This document shows positions 9,710-19,482 of a stretch of 64,000 bases of DNA, piece after piece. Made by a program: the position numbers and the translations under genes. A model generated the notes under the pieces. The model did no database searches. It worked only from the letters and a program-made list of their open reading frames with translations, and was not told the DNA's origin. The stretch comes from Gammaproteobacteria bacterium (lineage in GTDB: Bacteria > Pseudomonadota > Gammaproteobacteria > Steroidobacterales > Foliamicaceae). Where the stretch lies: assembly GCA_028821145.1 (NCBI GenBank), contig JAPPHC010000021.1:366-64365 (forward strand), written 5' to 3'. How positions within the stretch are numbered: position 1 is the first letter of the stretch; each line of letters opens with the position of its first letter.

Positions 9710-10159
9710 TCAGTACAACGGCGCCAGCACGCCCTGCGGAAGTCCCGCCTGCAGGACCACTTCGAACAACAGGTAGACCGCGGCCGAGAAGGCCACGGCG
9801 TACACGGCATTGAACCAGCCCCGGCCGCGATTGAACCGATAGAGATACAGGCCGGTAAACGCGAATATCGTCAACAGGCTGCCGGCATACGGCAGCAATA
9901 CAAGGAAAAGGGCAATCAGTCCCGTCACTTCGGCGACGTCGCGCCAGAGTGCCCGAAGCGCCGTCCCCGCCTCCCGTTGCCGGCGATACTCGCGAATGCC
10001 GTTGGCGGCGGTCGTGGCGATCAGCAGGACGCCGACGATCGCGGGGAAGAAACCGGGGCCAAGGCGATCCGCCCTGTCAAAAAGGTCGAGGGAATAAAGT
10101 GCGAACCCCGTATACGCCAGGGAAAACGCAAGCAGGGCCATCGAAAAGAGAAAACGCAT
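9710..10159 (-). CDS. tctB: Tripartite tricarboxylate transporter small subunit
   Basis: ~4 TM segments, LGPGFFP motif, C-terminal LPQG; lies between tctC and tctA. Confidence 0.85.
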   Translation of the reverse strand: MRFLFSMALLAFSLAYTGFALYSLDLFDRADRLGPGFFPAIVGVLLIATTAANGIREYRRQREAGTALRALWRDVAEVTGLIALFLVLLPYAGSLLTIFAFTGLYLYRFNRGRGWFNAVYAVAFSAAVYLLFEVVLQAGLPQGVLAPLY

Positions 10160-10178
10160 CGCGGACCCGGGCGCCTGG

Positions 10179-11129
10179 TCAGTGGATCGAGCCGAACGAA
10201 TTCAGGATGCGGCGATATTCCGAGTCCGTCCGGCCAAGATAGTCCCCGAAGTCATCCCCCCAGAGCACGGCGCCCGACAGCCCCCTGGTTTCCAGGTAGT
10301 TCTTCCATTCCGGGGTGGCGACGACCTTCTTGAGCACGGCAATCCACCAGTCCCGGACGTCGGCCGGAATGCCGGCGGGCATGACGATACCGCGCGGCAC
10401 CGCGAATTCGACCTCGTAACCCTGCTCGACGAAGGTCGGAACCTCCGGATACACCGTGCTCCTGGAATCCGCCGAGTACGCAAGCACCCTGAAGTTGCCG
10501 GCGGCGACCTGGCCCATGACCTCCGACGGATTCGAGACGAGCGCGTGGAGACTGCTGGACGTGAGGCCGGTCAGCAGACCCGATCCGTTCTGAAATGGAA
10601 CGTAGGTGAATTCGATTCCGGCCGATTCGGCGAACAGGCCCGCAACGACCCGGTCCGGTCCGGTCGCCCCGGTTCCGCCGATCTTCATATCGGATTGCCT
10701 GGCGCGAGCGACGAACTGGTCGATCGAGACGAACGGGGAGTCGGTGCGCACGACCAGGAACATCGCGTCGAGGGCAAGCAATGCGATCGGCGTGAAATCG
10801 CGATAGATCCAACTGGTTTCCGACACGATGGGCGTGGTCAGGAAGCTGCCGCTGGTCGATGTAATGACATAGGCGTTCCCGGCCTGTCGCGCTACGCGTC
10901 CGTAACCGATCGCGCCGCTGCCACCGGGGCGATTCTCCACCCGAACGTGCTGGTCGCCGTACAATTCGTACTGCCTGATGATGTCAACGACAGTGCGCGA
11001 CATCAGGTCGTTGCCGCCGCCGGGACCGAACGCAACCGTATAGGTCAGTGGCCGGACCGGGTACGCGGAGTCCGCGTCGGCATCGATCCACGCGAACGCC
11101 AGGACGAGCACTAACAAGACGCGGGACAT
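10179..11129 (-). CDS. tctC: Tripartite tricarboxylate transporter substrate-binding protein (TctC/Bug)
   Basis: Start moved to MSRVLL (signal peptide); YP...VAFGPGGGND, VENRPGGSG, PEVPTFVEQG. Confidence 0.9.
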   Translation of the reverse strand: MSRVLLVLVLAFAWIDADADSAYPVRPLTYTVAFGPGGGNDLMSRTVVDIIRQYELYGDQHVRVENRPGGSGAIGYGRVARQAGNAYVITSTSGSFLTTPIVSETSWIYRDFTPIALLALDAMFLVVRTDSPFVSIDQFVARARQSDMKIGGTGATGPDRVVAGLFAESAGIEFTYVPFQNGSGLLTGLTSSSLHALVSNPSEVMGQVAAGNFRVLAYSADSRSTVYPEVPTFVEQGYEVEFAVPRGIVMPAGIPADVRDWWIAVLKKVVATPEWKNYLETRGLSGAVLWGDDFGDYLGRTDSEYRRILNSFGSIH

Positions 11130-11266
11130 ATCCGGACGATTATGGGTTTTTGCACAACAAAATACACAACTGCTCCCGAATTTCGTTCTTTTGGCACCGA
11201 TATTGCATTTTGTCACACATTTAGCCAATATGTAACGCTTCGTCACGACCAACGGCGCGAATTACG

Positions 11267-12331
11267 ATGAATTTCCTGGTACTACCTTGCGACGGCATCG
11301 GACCGGAAATCATAGAAGCTTCGATGACGGTGCTCCGCGCACTGGACGGCAAACTCGGGCTGGACCTGCAATACGAGTATGACGACGTTGGCTTTGCGAG
11401 TCTCGAAAAACACGGGACGACGCTGCGGGACGACGTGCTGGAAAAAGCGGCCGATTGCGACGGTGTCATTCTGGGGACCCAGTCGCATGCCGACTATCCG
11501 CCGCCGGAAGAAGGCGGGCGAAACGTGTCCGCCGGATTCAGGGTCGGGCTGGACCTCTACGCCAATATCCGGCCTGCGCGCACACGGCCGTTTCTCCCGT
11601 CCAATCTCGCCGGGGGCAAGACCATGGACCTCGTGATCATGCGCGAGGCAACCGAGGGCTTCTACCCCGATCGGAACATGACGCGGGGCTGGGGTGAAGT
11701 CATGCCGAGTCCGGACATGGCGTTGTCGACGCGAAAGATCACGCGCCACTGCAGTGAGCGCATTGCCCGCCAGGCGTTTGCATGGGCGATGAAACGCAGG
11801 AAGAAGGTCACGGCAATCCACAAGGCCAACAGTTTTCACATGACCGACGGCCTGTTTCTCGAGGCTGTCCGCGACGTTGGCCGTGATTTCCCGGAAGTGG
11901 AACTCGAGGAGCTTCTGGTCGATGCGGCGGCGGCTCACCTGGTGCGTACTCCGGAGGCGTTCGATGTGCTGGTAACCACCAATTTCTACGGCGACATTCT
12001 GAGTGACCTTACCAGCGAACTTTCGGGCAGCCTCGGGCTCGCCGGGTCGGTCATGGCCAGCGACACGCTGTGCTGCGCCCAGGCGCAGCACGGGTCCGCA
12101 CCGGATATCGCGGGCAGGAACATCGCCAACCCGGCGTCGATGATGCTCTCGATTGCCATGCTGCTGTCCTGGATCGGCGAGCATCGCGACCGGCCGAAGT
12201 ATCTTGAAGCGGGAGCGGTCATGACCGCCGCCGTGGACAAGGCCCTGGAAGACCCGAATACCAGGACTGGGGATCTCGGCGGCGGTGCATCGACCGCCGA
12301 GTTCTCGGAGGCAGTCACGGACGTCATCTGA
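11267..12331 (+). CDS. Isocitrate/isopropylmalate/tartrate dehydrogenase family beta-decarboxylating dehydrogenase
   Basis: DGIGPEI, LDLYANIRP, REATEG, HKAN, GDILSDL, HGSAPDIAG. Confidence 0.9.
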   Translation: MNFLVLPCDGIGPEIIEASMTVLRALDGKLGLDLQYEYDDVGFASLEKHGTTLRDDVLEKAADCDGVILGTQSHADYPPPEEGGRNVSAGFRVGLDLYANIRPARTRPFLPSNLAGGKTMDLVIMREATEGFYPDRNMTRGWGEVMPSPDMALSTRKITRHCSERIARQAFAWAMKRRKKVTAIHKANSFHMTDGLFLEAVRDVGRDFPEVELEELLVDAAAAHLVRTPEAFDVLVTTNFYGDILSDLTSELSGSLGLAGSVMASDTLCCAQAQHGSAPDIAGRNIANPASMMLSIAMLLSWIGEHRDRPKYLEAGAVMTAAVDKALEDPNTRTGDLGGGASTAEFSEAVTDVI

Positions 12332-12347
12332 GGCAGCATGCCGCACC

Positions 12348-13010
12348 ATGGACCCTCGGCGAATCACCGTCATTCACGCGACCGAAGCGTCGATGGCGCC
12401 CGTTGCCGATGCGTTTGACCGGAACTGGAGCGGTGCCGAGCTCACCCAGATCCTCGACGACGGCCTGTCGCGGGACCGGCAGCGCCAGCCGCGGCTGACG
12501 GATAATCTTCGCCGGAGAATTCACGATCTCGCGGCTTATGCCGCCGATTGCGGCGCCGAGGCGGTACTCTTCGCCTGTTCGGCGTTTGGTGAGGCGATCG
12601 ACGCTGCGGCGCGGCAAATTCCCATTCCCGTCCTCAAGCCGAACGAAGCGATGTTTCGCGCCGCGCTGGACTGCGGTAACGAACTGGTGCTTCTCGTCAC
12701 GTTCGAGCCGGCGGGTCCCGCCATGGCCGCCGAGTTCGGGGAAATGGCGGACCGCGCGCAGCCCTCGGCGCGCCTGACGACCGTGTACGTTCCCGGTGCG
12801 CTCGACGCCTTGCGGCGCGGCGACGAGACGACGCACAACTCATTGATTGCGGACGCGGCCGGACAGGTATCGGGCGCCGACGCCGTCATGCTGGGGCAAT
12901 TCTCGATGGCCTGTGCGAACGCGGATTGCGGACGCGCCACCAGCGTCCCGGTGTTCACCAGCCCGGACGCGGCCGTCGGGCAGCTTCGCGGTCTCTTTCA
13001 CGGGGACTGA
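12348..13010 (+). CDS. Asp/Glu/hydantoin racemase-superfamily protein
   Basis: Start MDPRRITVIHA; ACSAFG (first Cys) and DAVMLGQFSMA (second Cys position lacking); IPVLKPNE. Confidence 0.7.
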   Translation: MDPRRITVIHATEASMAPVADAFDRNWSGAELTQILDDGLSRDRQRQPRLTDNLRRRIHDLAAYAADCGAEAVLFACSAFGEAIDAAARQIPIPVLKPNEAMFRAALDCGNELVLLVTFEPAGPAMAAEFGEMADRAQPSARLTTVYVPGALDALRRGDETTHNSLIADAAGQVSGADAVMLGQFSMACANADCGRATSVPVFTSPDAAVGQLRGLFHGD

Positions 13011-13021
13011 GGCGCCGCGGT

Positions 13022-14296
13022 ATGTTGCTCGGAGTCATCGCCGACGATTTCACCGGCGCCAGCGATATCGCCAACGCCATCTCGCGCGGCATGGCCGGCG
13101 ACGACGGACTGGCGGCGACGATTTATCTGGGCGTGCCGGAATGCGCCGATACCCGGGCAGTCGACGCCGGCGTCGTTGCATTGAAGAGCCGATCGATACC
13201 GGCGGGCCATGCGGTCAGCGAATCGTTGCGGGCCCTCGAATGGCTTCTGTCACAGGGCGCGAGCCAGATTTTCTTCAAGTACTGCTCCACCTTCGATTCC
13301 ACCCCCCAGGGCAATATCGGCCCGGTCGCCGAAGCGCTCGCCGATGCCCTGGGCGTCAAGGGCGTCGTGGCCTGCCCCGCTTTTCCCGAGAACGGCCGCA
13401 CGGTCTATCAGGGCCACCTGTTCGTCCATGACCGGCTTCTCAACGAGTCCGGAATGGAGAACCACCCGCTCAACCCGATGACGGACCCGGACATTCGACG
13501 CTGGCTTCGCAACCAGACGCAGGCGCCGGTGGGCCATGTGCCCCTGGACACCATTCGCAAGGGACCGGCGGAGGTGTCGTGGGCCCTGGACGAATGCGCC
13601 GAATCCGGCAGTGTGCTGGTCGTCGCCGACGCAGTCGAAGACGGGGATCTCGTGATACTTGGCGATGCCGTCAAGCACTCGCCCCTGGTCACGGGAGGCT
13701 CCGCCATAGCGGCCGCCCTGCCCCGCAACTTTCCGGCAAGCGCCCGCAGCCCGGGGGCCATGGACGCCGCGGGGGCGGTAGACGGACCGGGCGTCGTGCT
13801 GGCCGGAAGCTGCTCGAACGCCACGCGGACGCAGGTTGAAATCCATGCTGGTAAACACCCATCCATCGCCATTGACGTTGCGGCCGTGATGGAGGGCCGG
13901 TATACGGCTGCCGAGCTTTTTGCATCGCTCGAGCAATATCGCGGCAAGTCGCCGCTGGCCTACTCGAGCGACGCGCCGGAGGGCGTCTCCCGGCTCCAGA
14001 AACGGTACGGCGTCGAAAGAATCGCCGCGCGGCTGGACGAATTGTTCGGAAGCACGGCGGTTATGCTGAGGCGGGCAGGCTTCGAACGCATCGTGGTGGC
14101 CGGGGGCGAGACATCGGGCGCGGTGATCGACGCACTGGCCCCGGCGCGGCTCGCGGTGGGTCTGGAAATCGACCCGGGCGTGCCGGCCCTTTACTCGCCG
14201 GATGCAAGCGATGCCTATGCGATTGCGCTGAAGTCGGGCAATTTCGGGGCGCCGGACTTTTTCGAGAAGGCCCTGACCGTAATGGCCGGACAATAG
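13022..14296 (+). CDS. otnK: 3-oxo-tetronate kinase (DUF1537 four-carbon acid sugar kinase)
   Basis: MLLGVIADDFTGASD, ALKSRS, FKYCSTFDST..GNIGPV, VAGGETSGAV, LKSGNFG. Confidence 0.9.
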   Translation: MLLGVIADDFTGASDIANAISRGMAGDDGLAATIYLGVPECADTRAVDAGVVALKSRSIPAGHAVSESLRALEWLLSQGASQIFFKYCSTFDSTPQGNIGPVAEALADALGVKGVVACPAFPENGRTVYQGHLFVHDRLLNESGMENHPLNPMTDPDIRRWLRNQTQAPVGHVPLDTIRKGPAEVSWALDECAESGSVLVVADAVEDGDLVILGDAVKHSPLVTGGSAIAAALPRNFPASARSPGAMDAAGAVDGPGVVLAGSCSNATRTQVEIHAGKHPSIAIDVAAVMEGRYTAAELFASLEQYRGKSPLAYSSDAPEGVSRLQKRYGVERIAARLDELFGSTAVMLRRAGFERIVVAGGETSGAVIDALAPARLAVGLEIDPGVPALYSPDASDAYAIALKSGNFGAPDFFEKALTVMAGQ

Positions 14297-14300
14297 AGTC

Positions 14301-14936
14301 ATGAATGCTGAAAACAGGCTGCGGGACGAAATCGCCCGGCTCGGCCGTTCGCTTTTCGAGCGCGGGCTGACGTCCGGCAGCACGGGAAACCTGTCCGCGC
14401 GCCTCGACGACGGCGGATACCTGGTAACGCCCACCGACACCAGCCTGGGCTTTCTCGACCCGGCCAGGCTGTCGCGGCTCGACTCCGAAGGCAACTGGAT
14501 CGACGGCGACAAGCCGACCAAGGAAGGATTTCTGCACATTGCCATGTACCGCGCGAACGCGGACAGGCGGGCCGTCGCGCACCTGCATTCGACCTACTCC
14601 GTGTGCCTGTCCTGTCTTCGCGGTCTGGATACCGAAGACATGCTTCCGCCGATCACTCCCTACGTGCTGATGAAAGTCGGCCGGGTCGCCAAAGTTCCCT
14701 TCTTCCCGCCCGGGGATGAAGCGCTGGGCCCGGTCATCGAAGACAAGGCCCGGACCCATTCCGGGATCATCATCGCCAATCACGGCCCGGTCGTCGCCGC
14801 CCGGTCGCTGCGGGCCGCCGTGTTCGGCATCGAGGAGGTGGAAGAGAGCGCGAAGCTGGCCTTCCTGCTGCGCAACGAAGACGTCGAGTTCATTCCCGAG
14901 GACTATCGGCAGACCTTGCTGAAGTCGGGGAAGTAG
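14301..14936 (+). CDS. otnC: 3-oxo-tetronate 4-phosphate decarboxylase (class II aldolase family)
   Basis: GLTSGSTGNLSAR, PTKE, HLHS, NHGPV; directly after otnK. Confidence 0.85.
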   Translation: MNAENRLRDEIARLGRSLFERGLTSGSTGNLSARLDDGGYLVTPTDTSLGFLDPARLSRLDSEGNWIDGDKPTKEGFLHIAMYRANADRRAVAHLHSTYSVCLSCLRGLDTEDMLPPITPYVLMKVGRVAKVPFFPPGDEALGPVIEDKARTHSGIIIANHGPVVAARSLRAAVFGIEEVEESAKLAFLLRNEDVEFIPEDYRQTLLKSGK

Positions 14937-14937
14937 C

Positions 14938-16521
14938 GTGGACCGCAGGGAGTTTCTGTACCAGGCGGGCCTGCTCTCCGCGTCCGCATTGGTCGGGTTG
15001 CCGGCGGGTGCGGCTTCGCCATGGTCCGAAGGCCGGATCAGGCACCTGATTCCGCTGTCGAACCACGACAGCATTCGGATCAAGGCGTCGTTTGCCGAAC
15101 CGCAGGCCGGGCCGCAATTGAAGATCGGCGCTTCGGTGTTTCCGGGCCGGCAGCGCGACAGCCAGGGTCGCTTCTGGTCGTTCCATGCCACGGGGCTGGA
15201 AAGCGACACGGAGTACGAGTTGCTGCTGCAATCCGCCGGGGGCGGCCCGTTGGCGGAAAGCTGGCCGCTGCGAACGGCGCCTGCCCTGGATGCGTCGAAG
15301 GAGCACCTGCGGGTGCTGATGTACACCTGCGCGGGCGGTCCGGACAATGCGCAATGGCTGAACGGCGAATGGCGGTTCCTGCCGGTGGCCACCCGCCGGA
15401 GACTGCTGCGCCGGGCGCTGGACTTCAGGCCCGATATCGCGATCGGCGTCGGCGATCAGACCTACTTCGACCAGTGGATTTCGCCCCGCAAGCGCGGCGG
15501 GCAGCATGCGGCCAACCGCGAGCGGATCTACGGCCGGTACGGCAATTTCGACCGCGACAGGCCGCTGTTCGGATCGAACAACGAGATCGTGCTGACGCGG
15601 TGCCTGGACGAACAGATCGCGAGCCTTTACGGAACGGACTTTCGCTCTATTCCGCTCATCCTGACCCAGGATGACCACGATTACTTCGAGAACGACGAGG
15701 GAACGGACGAATTCGTGACCTTTCCGCCCGGCAATTTCAGCGCCCGTCTGGGACGGGCGCAGCAGAGCCTGTATTTCCCGGAATTCCTGCCCGATCTCGA
15801 TCGGCCGGTCCATCTCGCCGGTTCGCATTCCGACGGCATCAGCGAATCGTACGGATCCTGTCGCTGGGGGCGGCTGGCCGAATTCCTGCTGTACGACTGC
15901 CGCCGGTTCATATCCCTTGCGGGACCGTCGGCAAGATTCGTCGAAGAGGACGCCGAACGCTGGATCACGGCCCGCACCCGGGTCGAGACGGCCGTTCGCC
16001 ACCTGGTGCATGTTCCATCCACTCCCTTCGGCTGGACGGCGGGCAAGTGGGGCGAGTGGTATCCGGATGTCCTTCAGGCGGACGGCAGCCTGGGGGTAGA
16101 ACAGCCGAAACCGTATTGGCAATCGGGATGGTTCCGTCAGCACCAGCGGCTGCTGTCGGCGATCGGCGGACAGAAATCCAGGGTTCCGGTCGTCGTGTCG
16201 GGCGATTTGCATGCGGTCGCGGCCGGCCGAATACTCGAGAGCGGCGAGTTGGGCCTTGACTCGCCCGTCAACGTCTTTCTCTCCGGTTCGATCGGCACGG
16301 GGAACGGTTGGCCCAGCTCCGCCCGCGGAGTCGGCGCTTCGCCGCCACAAAATGTGACAATCGACGAACACCTGGAGCCCCTGGAGAGAAACGGTTTCAC
16401 GATCCTGGATATCGATCCCGAGGGATTGACGGTCAGGCAGTTCGCCTGGGACCGTGCTCTTGGAATTGAAGCCATCGACACGCTTGAGCCCCTTTCGGAG
16501 ATACGACTGGATCGGAAATGA
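14938..16521 (+). CDS. Tat-exported PhoD-like metallophosphoesterase
   Basis: DRREFL Tat motif; GDQTYFD, DDHDYFEND, SGDLH metal-ligand motifs. Confidence 0.7.
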   Translation: MDRREFLYQAGLLSASALVGLPAGAASPWSEGRIRHLIPLSNHDSIRIKASFAEPQAGPQLKIGASVFPGRQRDSQGRFWSFHATGLESDTEYELLLQSAGGGPLAESWPLRTAPALDASKEHLRVLMYTCAGGPDNAQWLNGEWRFLPVATRRRLLRRALDFRPDIAIGVGDQTYFDQWISPRKRGGQHAANRERIYGRYGNFDRDRPLFGSNNEIVLTRCLDEQIASLYGTDFRSIPLILTQDDHDYFENDEGTDEFVTFPPGNFSARLGRAQQSLYFPEFLPDLDRPVHLAGSHSDGISESYGSCRWGRLAEFLLYDCRRFISLAGPSARFVEEDAERWITARTRVETAVRHLVHVPSTPFGWTAGKWGEWYPDVLQADGSLGVEQPKPYWQSGWFRQHQRLLSAIGGQKSRVPVVVSGDLHAVAAGRILESGELGLDSPVNVFLSGSIGTGNGWPSSARGVGASPPQNVTIDEHLEPLERNGFTILDIDPEGLTVRQFAWDRALGIEAIDTLEPLSEIRLDRK

Positions 16522-17333
16522 TGGAAATGAACCTGAGCCCCAAGGAAATCGAAGCCTTTCACGCGGATGGAGTCATCCCCTTGCGCGGCGTAGTTGACGC
16601 GCAATGGCGGCGAGTCATTGCCGACGCCATCGAGGCCGACATCGCGAACCCGGCGCCCTACTTTCACGGCTATGAGCCGGAGGACGGGAAGGGACGCTTT
16701 CACGGCAACCTGCGCACCTGGGAATTCCACGACGGCTTCCGGCGCTTCTGCTTCGAATCGCCCCTTCCGCGCATCGCCGCGCAGATACTCGACTGCCGCA
16801 GGGTCAACCTGCTCTACGACCAGCTCTTCGTGAAGGAACCCGGCACGGCCAATCGCACCCGCTGGCACAACGACCAGCCGTACTGGTCCGTCAAGGGCTA
16901 CCAGATCCTGTCGTTCTGGGTGGCCCTCGATCCCACCACCGCCGAGACCGGCGCGCTCGAGTTCGTGCGCGGCTCCCATCGCTGGGGGCGGTTCTATCAG
17001 CCGGAGGTTTTCGGGCGCGCCGACGTCGACGACTACGAGAGGAACCCGGACTACGAGACAGTGCCCGATATCGAATCGGCCAGGGACGACTACGACATCG
17101 TCAGCTTCGATCTCGAACCCGGGGACGTCTACGCCTTCCATGCGCTTACGCTTCACGGCGCCGGCGGCAATACCAGCGAACGAGTCCGGCGGCGCGGCTA
17201 CACGGTCCGGTATACGGGGGACGACGTCATCTATTCCAGCCACCCCGGCACCAACCGGGCCCTGCGCAACAGCCTGCTCAAGGACGGCGACCGCCTCGAC
17301 AGCGACCAGTACCCCCTCGTCTGGAAAGACTGA
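16518..17333 (+). CDS. Phytanoyl-CoA dioxygenase (PhyH) family Fe/2-oxoglutarate oxygenase
   Basis: WHNDQPYW (HxD), WVALD, GSHRW, TLHGAGGN...RR. Confidence 0.9.
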   Translation: MMEMNLSPKEIEAFHADGVIPLRGVVDAQWRRVIADAIEADIANPAPYFHGYEPEDGKGRFHGNLRTWEFHDGFRRFCFESPLPRIAAQILDCRRVNLLYDQLFVKEPGTANRTRWHNDQPYWSVKGYQILSFWVALDPTTAETGALEFVRGSHRWGRFYQPEVFGRADVDDYERNPDYETVPDIESARDDYDIVSFDLEPGDVYAFHALTLHGAGGNTSERVRRRGYTVRYTGDDVIYSSHPGTNRALRNSLLKDGDRLDSDQYPLVWKD

Positions 17334-17384
17334 CGCCAAACACGGCCGAAACGCCCGGCGACTCCCTCCTCCAGCCCGGTCTAA

Positions 17385-17409
17385 AAGTGGACATATAATG
17401 TGTCCACTT
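17385..17409 (+). promoter_or_regulatory. Toxin-antitoxin operator palindrome enclosing a -10 box
   Basis: AAGTGGACA-TATAATG-TGTCCACTT: perfect 9-bp inverted repeat around TATAAT, 21 nt upstream of the antitoxin ATG. Confidence 0.75.
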
Positions 17410-17430
17410 ATTCAATTTAGGGGTTATGTC

Positions 17431-17655
17431 ATGAAGACCGTGGGCGCGGCGAAGTTCAAGCAACAATGTCTGTCCCTGCTCGATCACCTCGATCCCGAGG
17501 GCCTCGTGGTTACCAAGCACGGCAAGCCGGTGGCGCGGGTTGTGCCCTACGAACGCGGGTTCGCTCCGCTGATCGGAAGCCTCAAGGACAAAATCGTCGT
17601 TAATGGTGACCTGCTGAGTACCGGATCCGTTTGGCAGGCCAATGCTGAATCTTGA
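17431..17655 (+). CDS. Phd/YefM family antitoxin
   Basis: MKTVGAAKFKQQCLSLLD...VVTKHGKPVARVVP; overlaps the PIN toxin gene. Confidence 0.9.
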   Translation: MKTVGAAKFKQQCLSLLDHLDPEGLVVTKHGKPVARVVPYERGFAPLIGSLKDKIVVNGDLLSTGSVWQANAES

Positions 17656-18001
17656 CACCCACATCCTGATCCACGCGCTCGGCGGTGGACTGCGCCCCCG
17701 CGAAAGGGAGTTGCTGGAGCGAAACGAATGGAGTATTTCCGCGATCGTGCTCTGGGAACTGGCCAAGCTGGCGCAGCTGGGCCGCATCAGGCTCGAACTC
17801 GATGACCGGGAAGTCATTCGAGTGCTTAGCGGAATTCACCAGTGGCCGATCAGTCTGGATATCGCGCGAACCTCGACCCGGCTCGATTTCACCGGCGACC
17901 CGGCAGACGAGTTAATTGCCGCGACCAGCGTCGTGCATCAAGTGCCGCTGCTTACACGCGACGGTGCTATCCTGGATTCCCGCCTCGTTCCGCTGGCTTA
18001 G
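17642..18001 (+). CDS. vapC: VapC PIN-domain toxin
   Basis: LDTHILI, SAIVLWEL, DPADELIAAT, LLTRD. Confidence 0.9.
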   Translation: MLNLDTHILIHALGGGLRPRERELLERNEWSISAIVLWELAKLAQLGRIRLELDDREVIRVLSGIHQWPISLDIARTSTRLDFTGDPADELIAATSVVHQVPLLTRDGAILDSRLVPLA

Positions 18002-18087
18002 TTGAACCAGGGGGCGAGGAGAGAAGCGGGCAGTCCCCTTCTCGTCGAGGGCTGGAAGCACTCAACCCCCAGCGCTCGCCTCTTGGG

Positions 18088-19482
18088 TCAAGCGTTGCCG
18101 CCCGGCGAAACCCGTTGCAGGGGCAAGGGCTTGTCGGCGGCTGCCACCGCGTGCCGAAACACAAGGCTTGAGAGGGCCCAGGATGCGAACAGGCCGCCCG
18201 CCAGGAGCAGCGGCGCGAACACCTGCAGCCTGGGAGTCAGCACCGATGCGGTAAACCAGACGGACAGGAGAACGGCAATCACCACGACCGCGGCTATTTG
18301 CGCAATGTCCTGCTGTGGTCGGACAAGGTGAGCCGGACACAGCAGCGCACCGATGCCGACAGCGCCCGCCAGGGGCAAGGTCAGATCCGCGGCGGCCACA
18401 GGGTCCAGGGCGTAGAGCAGCGGAAAGGCCAGCGCCAACTGAATCAGTACCAGGATCGCCGGCAGCAGCGTCACGCAGGCGCCAAGTCTGCCGGTGGAGA
18501 GCGGCAGGCCCTTGAGCACGCGAAAATTTGCGTAACGCGGCGCCGTTACGGCGAACCCAACTACGACCAGGCACGCAAATATCGATCCGCGCACGACGGG
18601 GTCGCTCAAGTCCATGTGCGGATGCGAACCACTCAGCTCCAACAGGTCCCTTATCCAGATATCGATGGCGAAGAATGCGCCAAGAGCGGCCACGATCGCG
18701 ATCGGCATCCACAGACAGCCGGCCGTGATTGCGGCGAATCCCGTAAGGTTTCGCGCCACCGTCAACCGTTTGCGAATTGCCGGCCCGGGCGCCGCCAATC
18801 CTGGTCTGGATCGCGACACGCGCGCGGTCAACAACGCCCGAGTTCGCGCGAAGCCGACACCCGACAGGACTGCGCCCAGGGCCAGCAGAAACAGCGGATG
18901 CTCCGGTTGCCATGCATCCGGGGACCCCAGGAAATAGAACGAACCGAGAAACGAACCAAAGATGGCGTATTCCCCGACCAGCCATGCCGTGATAAAGAGA
19001 GCCCACATCGCGATCCTTGCCCAGCGTGGCGCGGACTCCCCGCCATACTTGCGACCGGAATTCTCGAGCGCGTCCATGCAGAAGCACAAGCCGGCTACAA
19101 GGAACGCCCAGGCGACGGCCATCGGCACGGCAATCCAGCCGACTCCGCCAGCCAAAGAGGCAACCAGCCATGCGATCAGCGTAAGCCCCAGAGCCCAGGC
19201 CGTGGGCACACCGACAATCAAGGCGCAATAGGCCCTCGCAAGCGTGCGTCGATCGATCGGCAAGTGCATCATGACCCGCGTGAGCCCGCGTTGGCATTCG
19301 ACGAGAAGGACGCATACGAGCACGCCCGCGTAAGGCATGCCGGAGAACACCAGAACAGCGTCGAATCTGTCAAGGCCGTTCAAGTTGTAATTCAGCAGCG
19401 ACACGGCCATGTAGAGCGCGCTGCCCAACAGCAGGAACCTGGATCTGCGCTTCAGAAAATCGCGCGCGATGCGGCTAATCAT
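18088..19482 (-). CDS. Polytopic membrane protein, probable ABC-2-type permease of a Ytr-like system
   Basis: Start moved to MISRIARDF (overlaps the ATPase stop); ~12 hydrophobic segments with two LP(I/L)-x-R/T repeats. Confidence 0.65.
   Translation of the reverse strand: MISRIARDFLKRRSRFLLLGSALYMAVSLLNYNLNGLDRFDAVLVFSGMPYAGVLVCVLLVECQRGLTRVMMHLPIDRRTLARAYCALIVGVPTAWALGLTLIAWLVASLAGGVGWIAVPMAVAWAFLVAGLCFCMDALENSGRKYGGESAPRWARIAMWALFITAWLVGEYAIFGSFLGSFYFLGSPDAWQPEHPLFLLALGAVLSGVGFARTRALLTARVSRSRPGLAAPGPAIRKRLTVARNLTGFAAITAGCLWMPIAIVAALGAFFAIDIWIRDLLELSGSHPHMDLSDPVVRGSIFACLVVVGFAVTAPRYANFRVLKGLPLSTGRLGACVTLLPAILVLIQLALAFPLLYALDPVAAADLTLPLAGAVGIGALLCPAHLVRPQQDIAQIAAVVVIAVLLSVWFTASVLTPRLQVFAPLLLAGGLFASWALSSLVFRHAVAAADKPLPLQRVSPGGNA

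Noticed and set aside
11267-12331. leuB assignment
   Set aside because: No leuCD context; lies in a catabolic operon.
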